A stretch of DNA of 64,000 bases from Octopus sinensis. Lineage: Eukaryota. The translations under genes and the position numbers were made by a program. Of this stretch, positions 24,603 through 35,700 are shown in pieces. Where the stretch lies: the NCBI RefSeq assembly GCF_006345805.1, contig NC_043007.1, forward strand, positions 73,284,001-73,348,000. Reading direction: 5' to 3'. Numbering within the stretch: the stretch's first letter is position 1; the number at the start of each line of letters is the position of its first letter. The notes under the pieces were generated by a model that ran no database searches, was not told the origin of the DNA, and saw nothing but the letters and a program-made list of their open reading frames with translations.

Positions 24603-25230
24603 CAGTAGTTCTCAACCAGGGCTCATATAAGATTCCATTGTTAAAACTTATGTGCAATAAATTGGTTATACTTTACTCTTTTACTTGTTTCAGTCATTTG
24701 ACTGCGGCCATGCTGGAGCACCGCCTTTAGTTGAGCAAATCGACCCCGGGACTTATTCTTTGTAAGCCCAGTACTTATTCTATCGGTCTCTTTTGCCGAA
24801 CCGCTAAGTGACGGGGACGTAAACACACCAGCATCAGTTGTCAAGCAATGCTAGGGGGACAAACAGACACACATACACATATATATATATATATATATAT
24901 ACATATATACGACAGGCTTCTTTCAGTTTCCGTCTACCAAATCCACTCACAAGGTATTGGTTGGCCCCGGGCTATAGCAGAAGACACTTGCCCAAGATAC
25001 CACGCAGTGGGACTGAACCCGGAACCATGTGGTTGGTAAGCAAGCTACTTACCACACAGCCACTCCTGTGCCTAAAATAGTTTTACAATTCATTTTTTAT
25101 ACAATTCCTAATATTTAATTATAAAAATATAATAGGATTTTCTTTTAACAATGAACGGGTATGAGGGGTCCACCCAAGTTAAATTGGTACCATAGGAGTC
25201 CATAAGTAAAAAATGGTTGAGAAAAACAGG
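24603..25230. mobile_element. hAT-type MITE interrupted by S2 SINE
   Basis: Left cagtagttctcaacc, right ggttgagaaaaacag. Confidence 0.55.
24671..25072 (-). mobile_element. tRNA-derived SINE with internal (TA/TG)n spacer, family S2, full length
   Basis: Near-identical to 39319-39720 and 58614-58990. Confidence 0.92.
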
Positions 25231-25559
25231 ATTAACGAGTTGCTCTGCAACCAAGAGGTTCTGTGTGGTGTCCTGGGTAAATGTAATGTTCTATAGCCCA
25301 GAGTTGACCCATACCTAGTGAGTGAAACTGTTAAGGTAGAAACTGTGAAGAAGACTTTCAGGTGATGGACTGTACTTGTAATTTGAAAGGTACAGGCTTG
25401 TCATGTGTCTCAGAATTATTTTAAGAGTACATGTGTCTGGCGGATACTCATCCACTTGCACATTAATTTCAGATTAACCGAATCTTCCTCATCTATCTGC
25501 GAGGATCCACCACCACCTGTGTGTATGTGTGTGAATACACGGGTGAGGGGATGAAGGAG

Positions 25560-26441
25560 TTAACGGAGCCCAACGAGCTAAGTTTATTAGAGGCATGGGG
25601 TCGAATCACGTTCCTTTAAATAATAATAATAATTATCATAATAATGATATAATGATATGTGGGTTCTGTGTGTGTGTGCGTGTGTTTATCGACCAGTCTC
25701 TCAGATATCCGTAACATTACTGTTAATAGGTTTCTATTATTCCCTTGATTGCAACCGTTTCATATATATATATATATATATATATACATACATACAGACA
25801 TACATATATATTTGTGCGTGCGTTTTTGTATAGATATTTATATAATTGCGAGTGTGCGTGTATGTATGTATGTATGCTAATGTGTGCACCCGTATGTGTA
25901 CGTGTGTGTCTGAGTGCGTATGGATGGCCGCATTCACTGACACAGATATTTCTATGCTGCTTTATTTTACAGAATAATTCATGATTTAAATTAGTTTTAA
26001 CAACTGCAAGGTGGTTGTATGTTTATCGAAATTAAATATAGATAACCTTTATCGTCCTGTCTATCTTTTGTTTTGTTTCGGTCACATGCTCATAACGGAC
26101 CTTCTCCGTTAACTTGGACCTGTGGATGTGTTACTGCAAGGAGTCTGTATATTCTTGGGACATATTTTTTTTAAAACCCGTCTCAGAAAGCACACACACA
26201 CACACACCAACTTAATGTGTCTGTTTCTCTGCTGATTACGTACTTTTCGGTTGCGTCGCTTTCTTTCGTTTTCTCCACCCGACTTTTAACTTGATTTTTC
26301 TTTTCGTCGTTATGACCCGTCAATTATAACTGCCTTCTTAGAACGAACTCTATTTCGTAAACTTGCTGTTATTTTCCATATTTCTGCGAGTCGCTGTTTC
26401 TCATATGCTCCATTATCCTATTTCCACGCACACACACACAG
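25560..26441 (+). promoter_or_regulatory. CpG-rich promoter / probable non-coding first exon of the 27675 gene
   Basis: CpG-rich, pyrimidine-rich unique sequence ending in donor CAG|gtagga at 26441. Confidence 0.45.
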
Positions 26442-27369
26442 GTAGGAATTATATGCTAAATGCATCAGAAAACATTATTACAGCTTAAATAATAAGAGTT
26501 GCTGGAAAAAAAATTGAAACTGTTCCCAGTAAAACATGCTTACGGCTATAAAAAGAAGCAATTTGTCGTCGGATTACGCTGTGAAATCAATATCCTTTAT
26601 CTTAGCTGCAGTGCAGTCTTTTTGGCCGTTGCCCTTGTGGCAAATAAAAGAAATTATTAAATGAATACCAAAATACCAGTGAAATACTGAGGTCGACTGA
26701 ATCTACTATATTTCTTATTAATTCGTGATTTGTGTAGTAGTAATAGTTATATATCCATCCGTGGAGGTTATCCACATCAGTTGGAGAAATGGGGGATGCA
26801 TGGAATAAATCAATCTCTCTCTCTCTCTTTGAGTGTACGCATATGTGTGTGTGAGTGTGAGTGTAGTGCGTGAATGCGAGTGTGTGTATATGTGTGTGTG
26901 TGTATGTATATGTTAACAGCGAACAAGTAAAGACGCCTGCTCTGTTTGATGAAAGCAAGGATATACGTCGAGATGATCAGGCCAGGATGGAGTTCTGTGA
27001 GGCAGCAGCAAGATAAACAAGATGAAAGTTATACCAAACTGGCGACCAAGGGAGGAAATACAATGAAAAAAACAAGAAATGGACAACACACGTGATAAAA
27101 ACTGTTTTCTTAAGGCAACATTAGAAATGAAAACAGCTCAAAACTAACGAGAAAATATCATGAAAAAGGAGAAAAAAATATAAAACTATTGACGCATCTT
27201 CCCGTTCGCTTTTACAGGATTGCGAACATAGTGGTTACTGTGTCTTTTGAAACATTTCAACCATCTTTAGAAGATCGTAAGTCTGATTTTTCATATAAGT
27301 CCGCAATCTTTCAGACAACAGACACACAACAAGCACATTTATAGAAATTATTATTATACGTTTCCATAA

Positions 27370-27405
<36 letters not shown>

Positions 27406-27459
27406 TAACTCTCTCTCTCTCTCTCTCTCTCTTTCACACACACACACACACACACACAC

Positions 27460-27494
<35 letters not shown>

Positions 27495-27674
27495 CCTATC
27501 TATTTATCACACATCTAAGCTTTTTCTGTAGTAAAAATAGATGTCTTATAGGTGGAGGAATATTTAATAATAATAATATATACGTTTGTATATTATATCA
27601 TTGACCTCTAAGGAAAAGAATGATTCAGTTATATTAAAATACATCTAGTTTAAGTCACGTCAACAGCTAAGGGT

Positions 27675-29960
27675 ATGCACAAATCCAAAGCTACATCTAC
27701 CCCAACATCAACTTCTTCGTCAGCATCGACATCAGCGCAGGGTTCGAAAAGCAAAGGTAAAACGAATAATACAAGTGGTAGTTATAGTGCAAGTGATTGT
27801 GAAAGTGTTAGTTTAAATGTTGGTGGTAGCAGTGATAATAATAAAAGTGGCGTCCGGGATTTAGATGATGGTGGTAAGCATGACAAGGACCCTTCGTCTG
27901 GGCAGTCTGATTCACAACAGGCCAATCGTCCTCCTTTAGACAGGCAAGGAGAGATCGGATCTGCTCCCTTAGCTACTTTTGACACCGTTGACCTTTCTGA
28001 CGAAGAAGTGACAAACAGTAAAGACACAGCTTCTGCAAACACGGAGGTAGTCAATAACAGCGATCTGCCACATGCTTCTATTGTAGGTACTACTTCAAAA
28101 ACCTCTCTTTCAGTCACCACTAACACTCACACAAAAGAAGCCGCCTCAAACGAACTCGTTCATACAGTATGTTCTATTCCTGCAGCTGCGAGCAAAATAA
28201 GCACAGCTGAAGCTACTACAAGTACTGTAACGATCCACAATAAACTACCCATAGTTAGTTCGTGTTTGTATAAAGAATCCCTCGTAGCTGCTTCCAGTGA
28301 TGTTACATCGGACGACTGTTCTCGAAATGCTGATGTATGCCAAAGTAATTCACCAAACTCTAAGTCCTCAAAAGAACCAGTTCCTGTAAATGCCAGCAAA
28401 GGCAGTAAATCAAAAAAGAAACAGAAAATAAAAAATGCTGCAAGTAAAACATTATCACCGTCACCTGCTAAAGAGGGTAGGCAAAAGAAAAAAACGTTTT
28501 TTGGTCGCAAAACAAACGCATCGGACTTAGATGGAGAAAAGGACAGTGAAGTGGTTTCTAAACAATCTGAGGTTGTAAACCATCAGCTTGTTGATGCACC
28601 TTCGTCTGACGATGATGCGGACGGCAGGCCGTACAGAGGGATATCTCCAGGATGCTTGGACTCACCATCTTCGTTTGCATCAGGTAAAACTGATAATTTA
28701 CATGATGTAATTAAAGATAAACAGGAATCAGTCACATTACCTTCTGCAACAGAAGGTGTCGCAGACGTTGATTTTGTTAACTTTGATACAACTGAAGATG
28801 GTGCAGCTACTCCAGTAGCAACAGAGCCAGGCTCTGGACCCAAGTTAAAAGACTTAAGTGCTGTAGAAAAAGTAAACTTACTCGATGACTCTAGTTCATC
28901 AGAAAGTGATCTAAGTGCTGCAGAAAGCCTAACGACCGAAAATATCTACTCATCTTTAGCTGCTGGTCGGGAGTCTCTTAAATGTAATGCATTGAAAGAA
29001 GTTGATGATATTGGTCAACAGTTTGATAACTTTACAGAACCCACCTCTTTCAATTCTAAACGCAAAGCTTATGAACGAAGATTACAGCGACTGCAAGTAA
29101 AAACCACTCCTATCAACAGACCACGTAGTGCTACACCTCTCAGTGTTGTGACTTTAGACGAATATACACATCTTAGTTCCCCAGAAGTATCTCCTAATTT
29201 GGAAAAACTGAAAATAGTTTTGCCTTCTGAACAGTTTGGAAAGCCAATAAAAAGTCCTCGTGGTGTTGGTACTTCCAAAGAAAATGCCTTTGACTTTAAT
29301 GAGGATCGTTTGTTTCGACATACGAAGGAAGCTATAGTTTTACAAAGTGATGGTTCCATTGGACAATCTCCTCGTCGAATTTTTATTCCCCCAACTCTTT
29401 CACCCAGTCAGTCTCCCTGCAAAGCTGCTGCCGGATCACCTGTATCCAAATTGGTTCTTGTATCGAAATTACCTGCAGGTACGAGTCCACTTGTGAAATC
29501 TGCTGCTTCTACTGCTTCTACTCCCACAACCACCTCCATCACTACCACCTTACCAACTTCAAATCCATCTTTAGTTCCTCCTTCATCGTCTGCACCAAAA
29601 TGTTCTGTGAAAAAATGGGAGCAGTTTGATGATAGTACTGCATGTCCACTGCAAACTGTAGAATGTAGTAAATTAGGACCAGATTCACTTGAAGGTAGTC
29701 ACAGCAGAGATGAAGCTGTAAAACCTGATGGTAAAGAACATACAAAAAGTAAACTTTTCACTGCTGAATGTAGTGGCAATATTGAGTCTCCTCTCGTTGG
29801 GCATGGAACCCAGCTGAGGGGTCAGGAGCCGGAGGAGGAGGAAGAAGAGATATTAAAAGTTGAAATAGGTTCTAGTGAAGTAGGTAAAGCCTATAATATA
29901 GAACTGGAAGTGCCTACCAAAGATAAGATGGACATCTCTCACAATAAACCTAACTGTTGA
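27675..29960 (+). CDS. 761-aa Ser/Thr/Pro/Asp-rich, predicted disordered protein of unknown family (large exon)
   Basis: 2.3-kb uninterrupted ORF without microsatellite or TE motifs; upstream acceptor caacag at 27666; in-frame stop at 27651; internal donor TAG|gtaaag at 29883. Confidence 0.9.
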   Translation: MHKSKATSTPTSTSSSASTSAQGSKSKGKTNNTSGSYSASDCESVSLNVGGSSDNNKSGVRDLDDGGKHDKDPSSGQSDSQQANRPPLDRQGEIGSAPLATFDTVDLSDEEVTNSKDTASANTEVVNNSDLPHASIVGTTSKTSLSVTTNTHTKEAASNELVHTVCSIPAAASKISTAEATTSTVTIHNKLPIVSSCLYKESLVAASSDVTSDDCSRNADVCQSNSPNSKSSKEPVPVNASKGSKSKKKQKIKNAASKTLSPSPAKEGRQKKKTFFGRKTNASDLDGEKDSEVVSKQSEVVNHQLVDAPSSDDDADGRPYRGISPGCLDSPSSFASGKTDNLHDVIKDKQESVTLPSATEGVADVDFVNFDTTEDGAATPVATEPGSGPKLKDLSAVEKVNLLDDSSSSESDLSAAESLTTENIYSSLAAGRESLKCNALKEVDDIGQQFDNFTEPTSFNSKRKAYERRLQRLQVKTTPINRPRSATPLSVVTLDEYTHLSSPEVSPNLEKLKIVLPSEQFGKPIKSPRGVGTSKENAFDFNEDRLFRHTKEAIVLQSDGSIGQSPRRIFIPPTLSPSQSPCKAAAGSPVSKLVLVSKLPAGTSPLVKSAASTASTPTTTSITTTLPTSNPSLVPPSSSAPKCSVKKWEQFDDSTACPLQTVECSKLGPDSLEGSHSRDEAVKPDGKEHTKSKLFTAECSGNIESPLVGHGTQLRGQEPEEEEEEILKVEIGSSEVGKAYNIELEVPTKDKMDISHNKPNC

Positions 29961-32028
29961 TTGATCTATGTAATGTTAGATCAAATCTGCCTGGACTTAC
30001 CATTTGGGAAAGCACAGGAAGCATTTCCATTTTGAAGGCAAGTATAAGATTTTTTTCATTGTTTCTAATAATCTGACATAACAGTAATAACAGGCAAAAA
30101 GAAGCAAAACAATAAGATTATCATTGTTCTTTTTTGTTTATTTTCCACATTCATTAAACCTGTGTTTCTTATTGACTCTGGTGTCACATTATGGCTTTCA
30201 CCAGGTTGGTTTCCTCACTACTTTCCATATTATATAAGCCATATCCAGCAAGGTAATCTTTTGTATTTACTCATTTATAAGCCGGATTATTCATACTTGA
30301 TTTTAACTGAAAAAGAATGGGGTCTGACTTTTGTACAGGGAAAAGCTAAAACTATAAAAGGAAAACTTTTGTACCAAGATCTAACACTTAATTAGGGGTA
30401 TTACTTATACACAAGTAAATACAGTATATATTATTAACTTCTAGTCCCACTTCAGAATTACCAAGAGGCTCCAACTGCAACCAATATTTGAATTTTTATT
30501 ATTCAGCTGCTTGATAGCTCAAGCTGTAAATCTTTATATTTGTATATTTTTATGTCATGTTAAATTTTAATCACCATCATCATCATCACAGAGTTCCAGA
30601 CAAAATACCTCACTGAGTTTGTTTCAAAACTGGAGACATAACTGCAATATCATAATTTTAAAAAATATTCCAGTTTCACCTGATCATGCTTTCCTTTTCT
30701 TCTAAAATGTGAGTAGTCATGTAGCTCCTCTACACCAAGAAACCTGTTCTGCTTTGACCCTTTCCTCTCATATTTTACCCCTCTCTGTTCCTTATCTCCT
30801 AGCATAAAGTTGCCCCGCCCCCCTTGTGGTTGATAGTGTTGCGAGTGTGTTTGTTGACTTGTCTGAGGTGATGATTGGCTGAGTTGATGAATGAAAATGT
30901 GTTTCTTGGGTTGTATGAGGAACAAATTGACATCATTTGTGAACGTTTAAGAGAAGATTTTATTTCATACAGAGTTTTAACTGTGTAGGTCTTTTACAAA
31001 TAACAACAAATAATTACATACTGGAAAAGATATAATGCTTAGAGTTTATGGTAAGCTTACTGAAATAGCAACACGAGGTTGGCTCAACATAACTGGAAAC
31101 AATCATGTTATATTTGAGGTGAGCATGGAGACACATTATGCAGCTACCTCAACATTCTGCCTGGCAAGGGGTGAGACATATGAATGAATTGGCTGGCCTC
31201 AATGCTCTGCAAAAAGTTTAGGTGTCAAAAGCAGCTCTTATATAGGGCACAAGGAGAAAATTCTAGAAGATTGAATCATGTAATAGATCAATCATGTGAA
31301 ACTACTGTGGTTCAGTTATGATGCATGATCAGTTACATAGCAGTTTGGTTTTCGAATCACTGTTACAATAATCTTACTATCTGCATGGTAACCTCGCTAG
31401 TATTGATGACATGTAAAAAGCACCCAGTACACACTGTAAAATGGTTTGCATTAGAAAGGGTATCCAGCCATAGAAACCATGTCAAAGCAGACACTGGAGT
31501 ACAATCCTTCAGATCTTGTCAAACTATCCAACCTCTGCTACCGTGTACATGGTCACTAAATGATGATGTATAAATTTACACATCAAAACAGAAATAAGAA
31601 AGTTTTCTATGGTTCCTGCTAGTTATTAATTAATGTTAAACAGTAACTGAATGAAATGTTTCCTAGTATATAGTCAACAGTCCATCAAGCTCAACTTCAC
31701 CTTCATCCTTTTGGGATTGATATACAATATTACCGATAACATATATTGATTGCTTCAATCAAATCTGCCTCATAATCAAATGTCTAAAGGAAATAAAATG
31801 AGGTGGCCATGGTCAGAATGATCACAGGTCTGCTTTATTGGACCAGCTTGATGCTAAATAACAGGTACAAATATTAATGCCTGATCTGGTTATAATTGTT
31901 GGTTTCAAGGCAATTTTCCATAAAAGAGAATTTTATTATCTCATTTTTGCTAATTTCATTGAAATATTCACTCACATCCTCAACACTCCATACTTTTTTA
32001 TTTTCTCTGTCCAAAACAATTATATCAG

Positions 32029-32127
32029 ATTTGTTGTGTTTGCATTTAGTTGATGGTTTGACAGAAATGTTCCCTCAACAACTGCAGAAACGTTTCTATT
32101 TTTATCTCAGAGCAATTCTTCCTCCAG
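32029..32127 (+). CDS. Candidate 99-nt exon (DLLCLHLVDGLTEMFPQQLQKRFYFYLRAILPP)
   Basis: Acceptor tatatcag after pyrimidine tract, donor CAG|gtggta; phase 1 matches the donor at 29883; protein-like composition. Confidence 0.45.
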
Positions 32128-32669
32128 GTGGTATTTATTATATAATTATTTTAATAATGTCATGGTCATGACAGCATTTGAAGGTTAATATCACAATAAC
32201 ATTTTCAAGTAGCTGCTGATCACATGTGGAATGTCTTCTATAGGTATGTGATGTAAACATTTTCAGTCACATATATTGGTTTCACTATATCTTTTGTTCA
32301 ACAGAATATTTTCCAGCTGTCTCTTGTTCTTGGATAGCAAAAGCATAACTGTTGAAATGTGAAGTGATTTAAGTTTTTCAAGTTCAATAAAGATGACACA
32401 CCTTGTCATTGTCGGCATTATTAAACTTTTGTTTTTTTTCTGTTGGTCTTTGTTAAAGTGGACTGTCCAGTAGTACACAAGAATGGCTCTGTGGTTAAGA
32501 AACTTGCTTTCCAACCATGTAGTTTTGAGTTCAGTCCCACTGCATGGCACTTTAGGCAAATGTCTTTAATGATTGCTCTGGGCTGACCAAAGTCTTGTGA
32601 TTGGATTTGGTAGATGGAATACTAAAAGAAGCCTTATTTATGTTATTTGTGTGTGTGTGTGTGCGTGTG

Positions 32670-32970
32670 AAGGTGTGTAGCTTAGTGGTTAGGGTATTCA
32701 GCTCACAATCATAAAGTCATGAATTCAATTCCCAGCAGTGTGTTGTGTCCTTGAGCAAGACACTTTATTTCATGTTGCTCCAGTCCACCCAGCTGGCAAA
32801 AATTAGTAGTACCTGTATTTCAAAGGGTTAGCCTTGTCACATCCTGAGAACTATTTTATGGGTATGTGTGTCTGTGGAGTGCTCAGCCACTTGCATGTTA
32901 ATTACACAAGCAGGTTGTTCTGTTGACTGGATCAATTGGAACCCTTGTCATCGTAGCTGACAGAGTGCCA
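32670..32970 (+). mobile_element. tRNA-derived SINE (S4-related head, ttgtgtccttgagcaagacacttt central domain)
   Basis: A/B-box-like head; related segments at 25340-25480 and 57985-58160. Confidence 0.75.
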
Positions 32971-32977
32971 GTTTGTT

Positions 32978-33020
<43 letters not shown>

Positions 33021-33024
<4 letters not shown>

Positions 33025-33230
33025 ACGTACAAAATTTAAAGGACTGACCTCATTCTTCGTGGAAAATAGCGATTTTGACGTCTATATTTAGCTTATTCAC
33101 TGTCCACTTTTAGTGGTCAGTCCTTTAAATTTTGTATGTAAAAAATATTTTAATCTTCGGATTTTTTTAATATGCTAGGCCACTGGTTTTAATTGATTAA
33201 TATCAATTTCTACCCTTATTCAATTTTATA
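33021..33230. mobile_element. Small fold-back element embedded in (TA)n
   Basis: 29-bp inverted repeat 33021-33049 / 33115-33143 with one mismatch; (TA)n on both sides. Confidence 0.6.
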
Positions 33231-34130
33231 TATATATATATATATATTTATGAGTGTCTGTATTTGTATGTACTCTTATCTAGACATTATGGGTTGAGTG
33301 TAAGAAGCATCATCATCATACAGGTTGTTCATTTCCAGTCTTCTGTGAAAAAGCATGTCGGGCCATGAAGAACTATTACTTTGCTTGGAAACAGGAAGAG
33401 CATCCAGCTATAGAAAATCTGCCTCAACAAAATCTGTATGCCCCATTTAAACATGGAAATATGAACATTAAATGCTGCTGCTGCTGCTGATGATGATGAT
33501 GATGTGTCTTTTTCAAAGAGTTCAGTCACACCTCATAAAAAGTTGCACTCCTCATCTTTCAACTCTTGGTTCATATGTTTGTTTTTGTTGTTGTGTTCTT
33601 AAGTGGGTGCTAAGTGATACCATATAATAGACTAGCCGAACTCATGTTAAGCCTCTTCACCTATCCTTTTTTCCTGATATTATCAAGTTTGTCAATATTT
33701 TTACTGAGGTTTCTAGATGGACAATGTCCACATTGTGACTGTTATAGTGACACTGTTCCACCTGTTATCTCCCGCTTTCTTCAGTGCTTGTTCTATGTGG
33801 TAACATTCTCAGAATTTCAAACCAAACCCTATATTTGGTTCATTGATTAGATTGTTCTTATTCTGTTGTCTCCAAGTCAGATATTCTCATATCAGTTATT
33901 CTCTCTGGTAATGTCACTTGCTCATTCCACTTTAATCAGGATATATTTATATTCACTGACACAAGAACTAGATCTCTGCTTACCAACTAAACTTCTACAC
34001 TTAACACGTTTAGCATCTAATGTTTATATTTCACTTTGGTATTAACTAGAAGGACAATTACATAATGGAAATTAGAACTTTAAACCTCACAGTTTCTTAT
34101 GGTGTTAGACTTAGTGCTTCTCTTAATTAA

Positions 34131-34350
34131 CCCTTTAGCATTTAAATCACCCGTATCCAGCCCAAATATTTTATCTGCTTTATATTCAGACTGGCCAGAT
34201 CTGGCCTCTCACTCCTACCTTGCAATGTCATTCTAAAAATAAACAATCACATCTTTGAAATCTTGAAGTTACAAGCTAACGCATGATTCATTTTTTAAAA
34301 TGTGAATAAATAAGTATTACTTTTGATAAAGTAATCTGAATGCTAAAGAG
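34131..34350. mobile_element. piggyBac-type MITE, 220 bp
   Basis: TTAA|ccctttagcatt ... aatgctaaagag|TTAA. Confidence 0.85.
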
Positions 34351-34379
34351 TTAAACCTTCTTATACGGTGTTAATCTCC

Positions 34380-35100
34380 ATGCTAGGCCTACCAGAGCCC
34401 TGTATATGTGCTGAATTTTTCAATTCTTTTATTTCGCTGTGTTATCCTTGTCTTTTTATCTTGACTGTTTCACAGATGTTGGTGATTTATCTTTCTCAAA
34501 TAGTCAACCATGTCTGATTTCTCTGTTTACAGCTTTACAAAATTCCTTCAGCCTTACTTTCTGTAGGTGATTGGTCTTCCCTTTTTATTTTCTCTTACAA
34601 CTACATGGAATAGTGTGGAACACACAGTTCTTGTTCATGATCTCCTGATGGAGGCTTCTTTCCAAGATGGATATCCCAAAAGGGTAGGCCTGCACCTGAA
34701 TACTGTCCTTATGCTGTATAAACTGTAAAACTTTATAATTTTCCCTGCCAAGCCTCTAAAGTAAATTAGACAGATCATGGCAGGTTTTTCATTAATGTTC
34801 TTGATTCTTGTTGGTTTGCTTTTGGAAGCTGACGTGATACTTATAGAGTAATTGTTATTGTGAATGGTCCTTCTAATCTTGATATCATTTCTTGGTATAT
34901 ACCTAGGTTACCACTTATGACTTTTACCTGGTGATGTAGGCCACAGACAGTTTTTCTCTTATGCCATATGGATGGTGGGAATCAAAAGTTCAGGCAATGC
35001 CCAATGAATGTAGGTTTGTGATATAGCATTGTCTTGAATTTGCATTCAATGCAAGTTATTAGTACATCCCAGGAGATCAGTGCATTGTCTTTCTTTAACT
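34380..35100 (-). mobile_element. Penelope-like element remnant: RT thumb plus GIY-YIG endonuclease
   Basis: WDVLIT, KPTFIGHCLNF/DSHHP, CVFHTIPCSCKRK.KGKTNHLQKVRLKEF. Confidence 0.75.
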
Positions 35101-35249
35101 TCTCATTGAGTTGCATGACCCAGTAGTATTTCCATACATATGTTAGCTATCTCTGGGGATAATGACAAACCTATAGCTAAACCTTATTCCTGCCAATGTA
35201 GATCAAACCTTAATTGAAAATATATTATTTGTACACAGAAAGTCAATAT

Positions 35250-35700
35250 TTCCATCAGGTTTACCTACTGAGATACTGATATATTCATGATACATAAGAT
35301 GGCTTTGTAAGTAACATAATTAAATCGACCATACAACTGAAATATTTAGATGACACCATTATACTTAGGTCTCACCAAGACAAAGCACAATTACTGCTGG
35401 ACCATGTAAACTCAATGAAGTCTTCTATACAGTTCACAACAGGAAAGACTAAAAAAATTCTGATAAACTGGCCTTCCTGGATGTGCTAATAACTTGTACG
35501 CAAGATTCATGACATCTGTTCATTCACTGGACAATACAATGGATGATTTCCATCATTGATATAGGGTAAAGAAAGGTATCATATGCTGCCCACAACATCA
35601 AGCAAGACTCATAAGTGGTGACCTTGGTACATACCATCAAGAGATATCAGGGTTAGTTAGACCCATCAGAGTAACAACTATTTTATAAGAGTAGAGATAT
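35250..35700 (+). mobile_element. Penelope-like element RT remnant
   Basis: KYLDDTII (35340-35363), LLDHVNSMKSSIQFT, DKLAFLDVLIT; homologous to the minus copy at tcataagtggt. Confidence 0.8.

Noticed and set aside
27782-29745. Minus-strand ORFs of 67-116 aa within the large CDS
   Set aside because: Antisense shadows of the 761-aa coding frame.
30650-30925. 91-aa minus-strand ORF as a standalone gene
   Set aside because: Non-ATG start, no convincing acceptor and no recognised domain; kept only as part of a low-interest regulatory finding.
33628-33665. GTGAAGA-GGCTT...motif on minus strand near the PLE 3' region
   Set aside because: Lacks C3, a closed helix II and GAAA; too degenerate to call a hammerhead.
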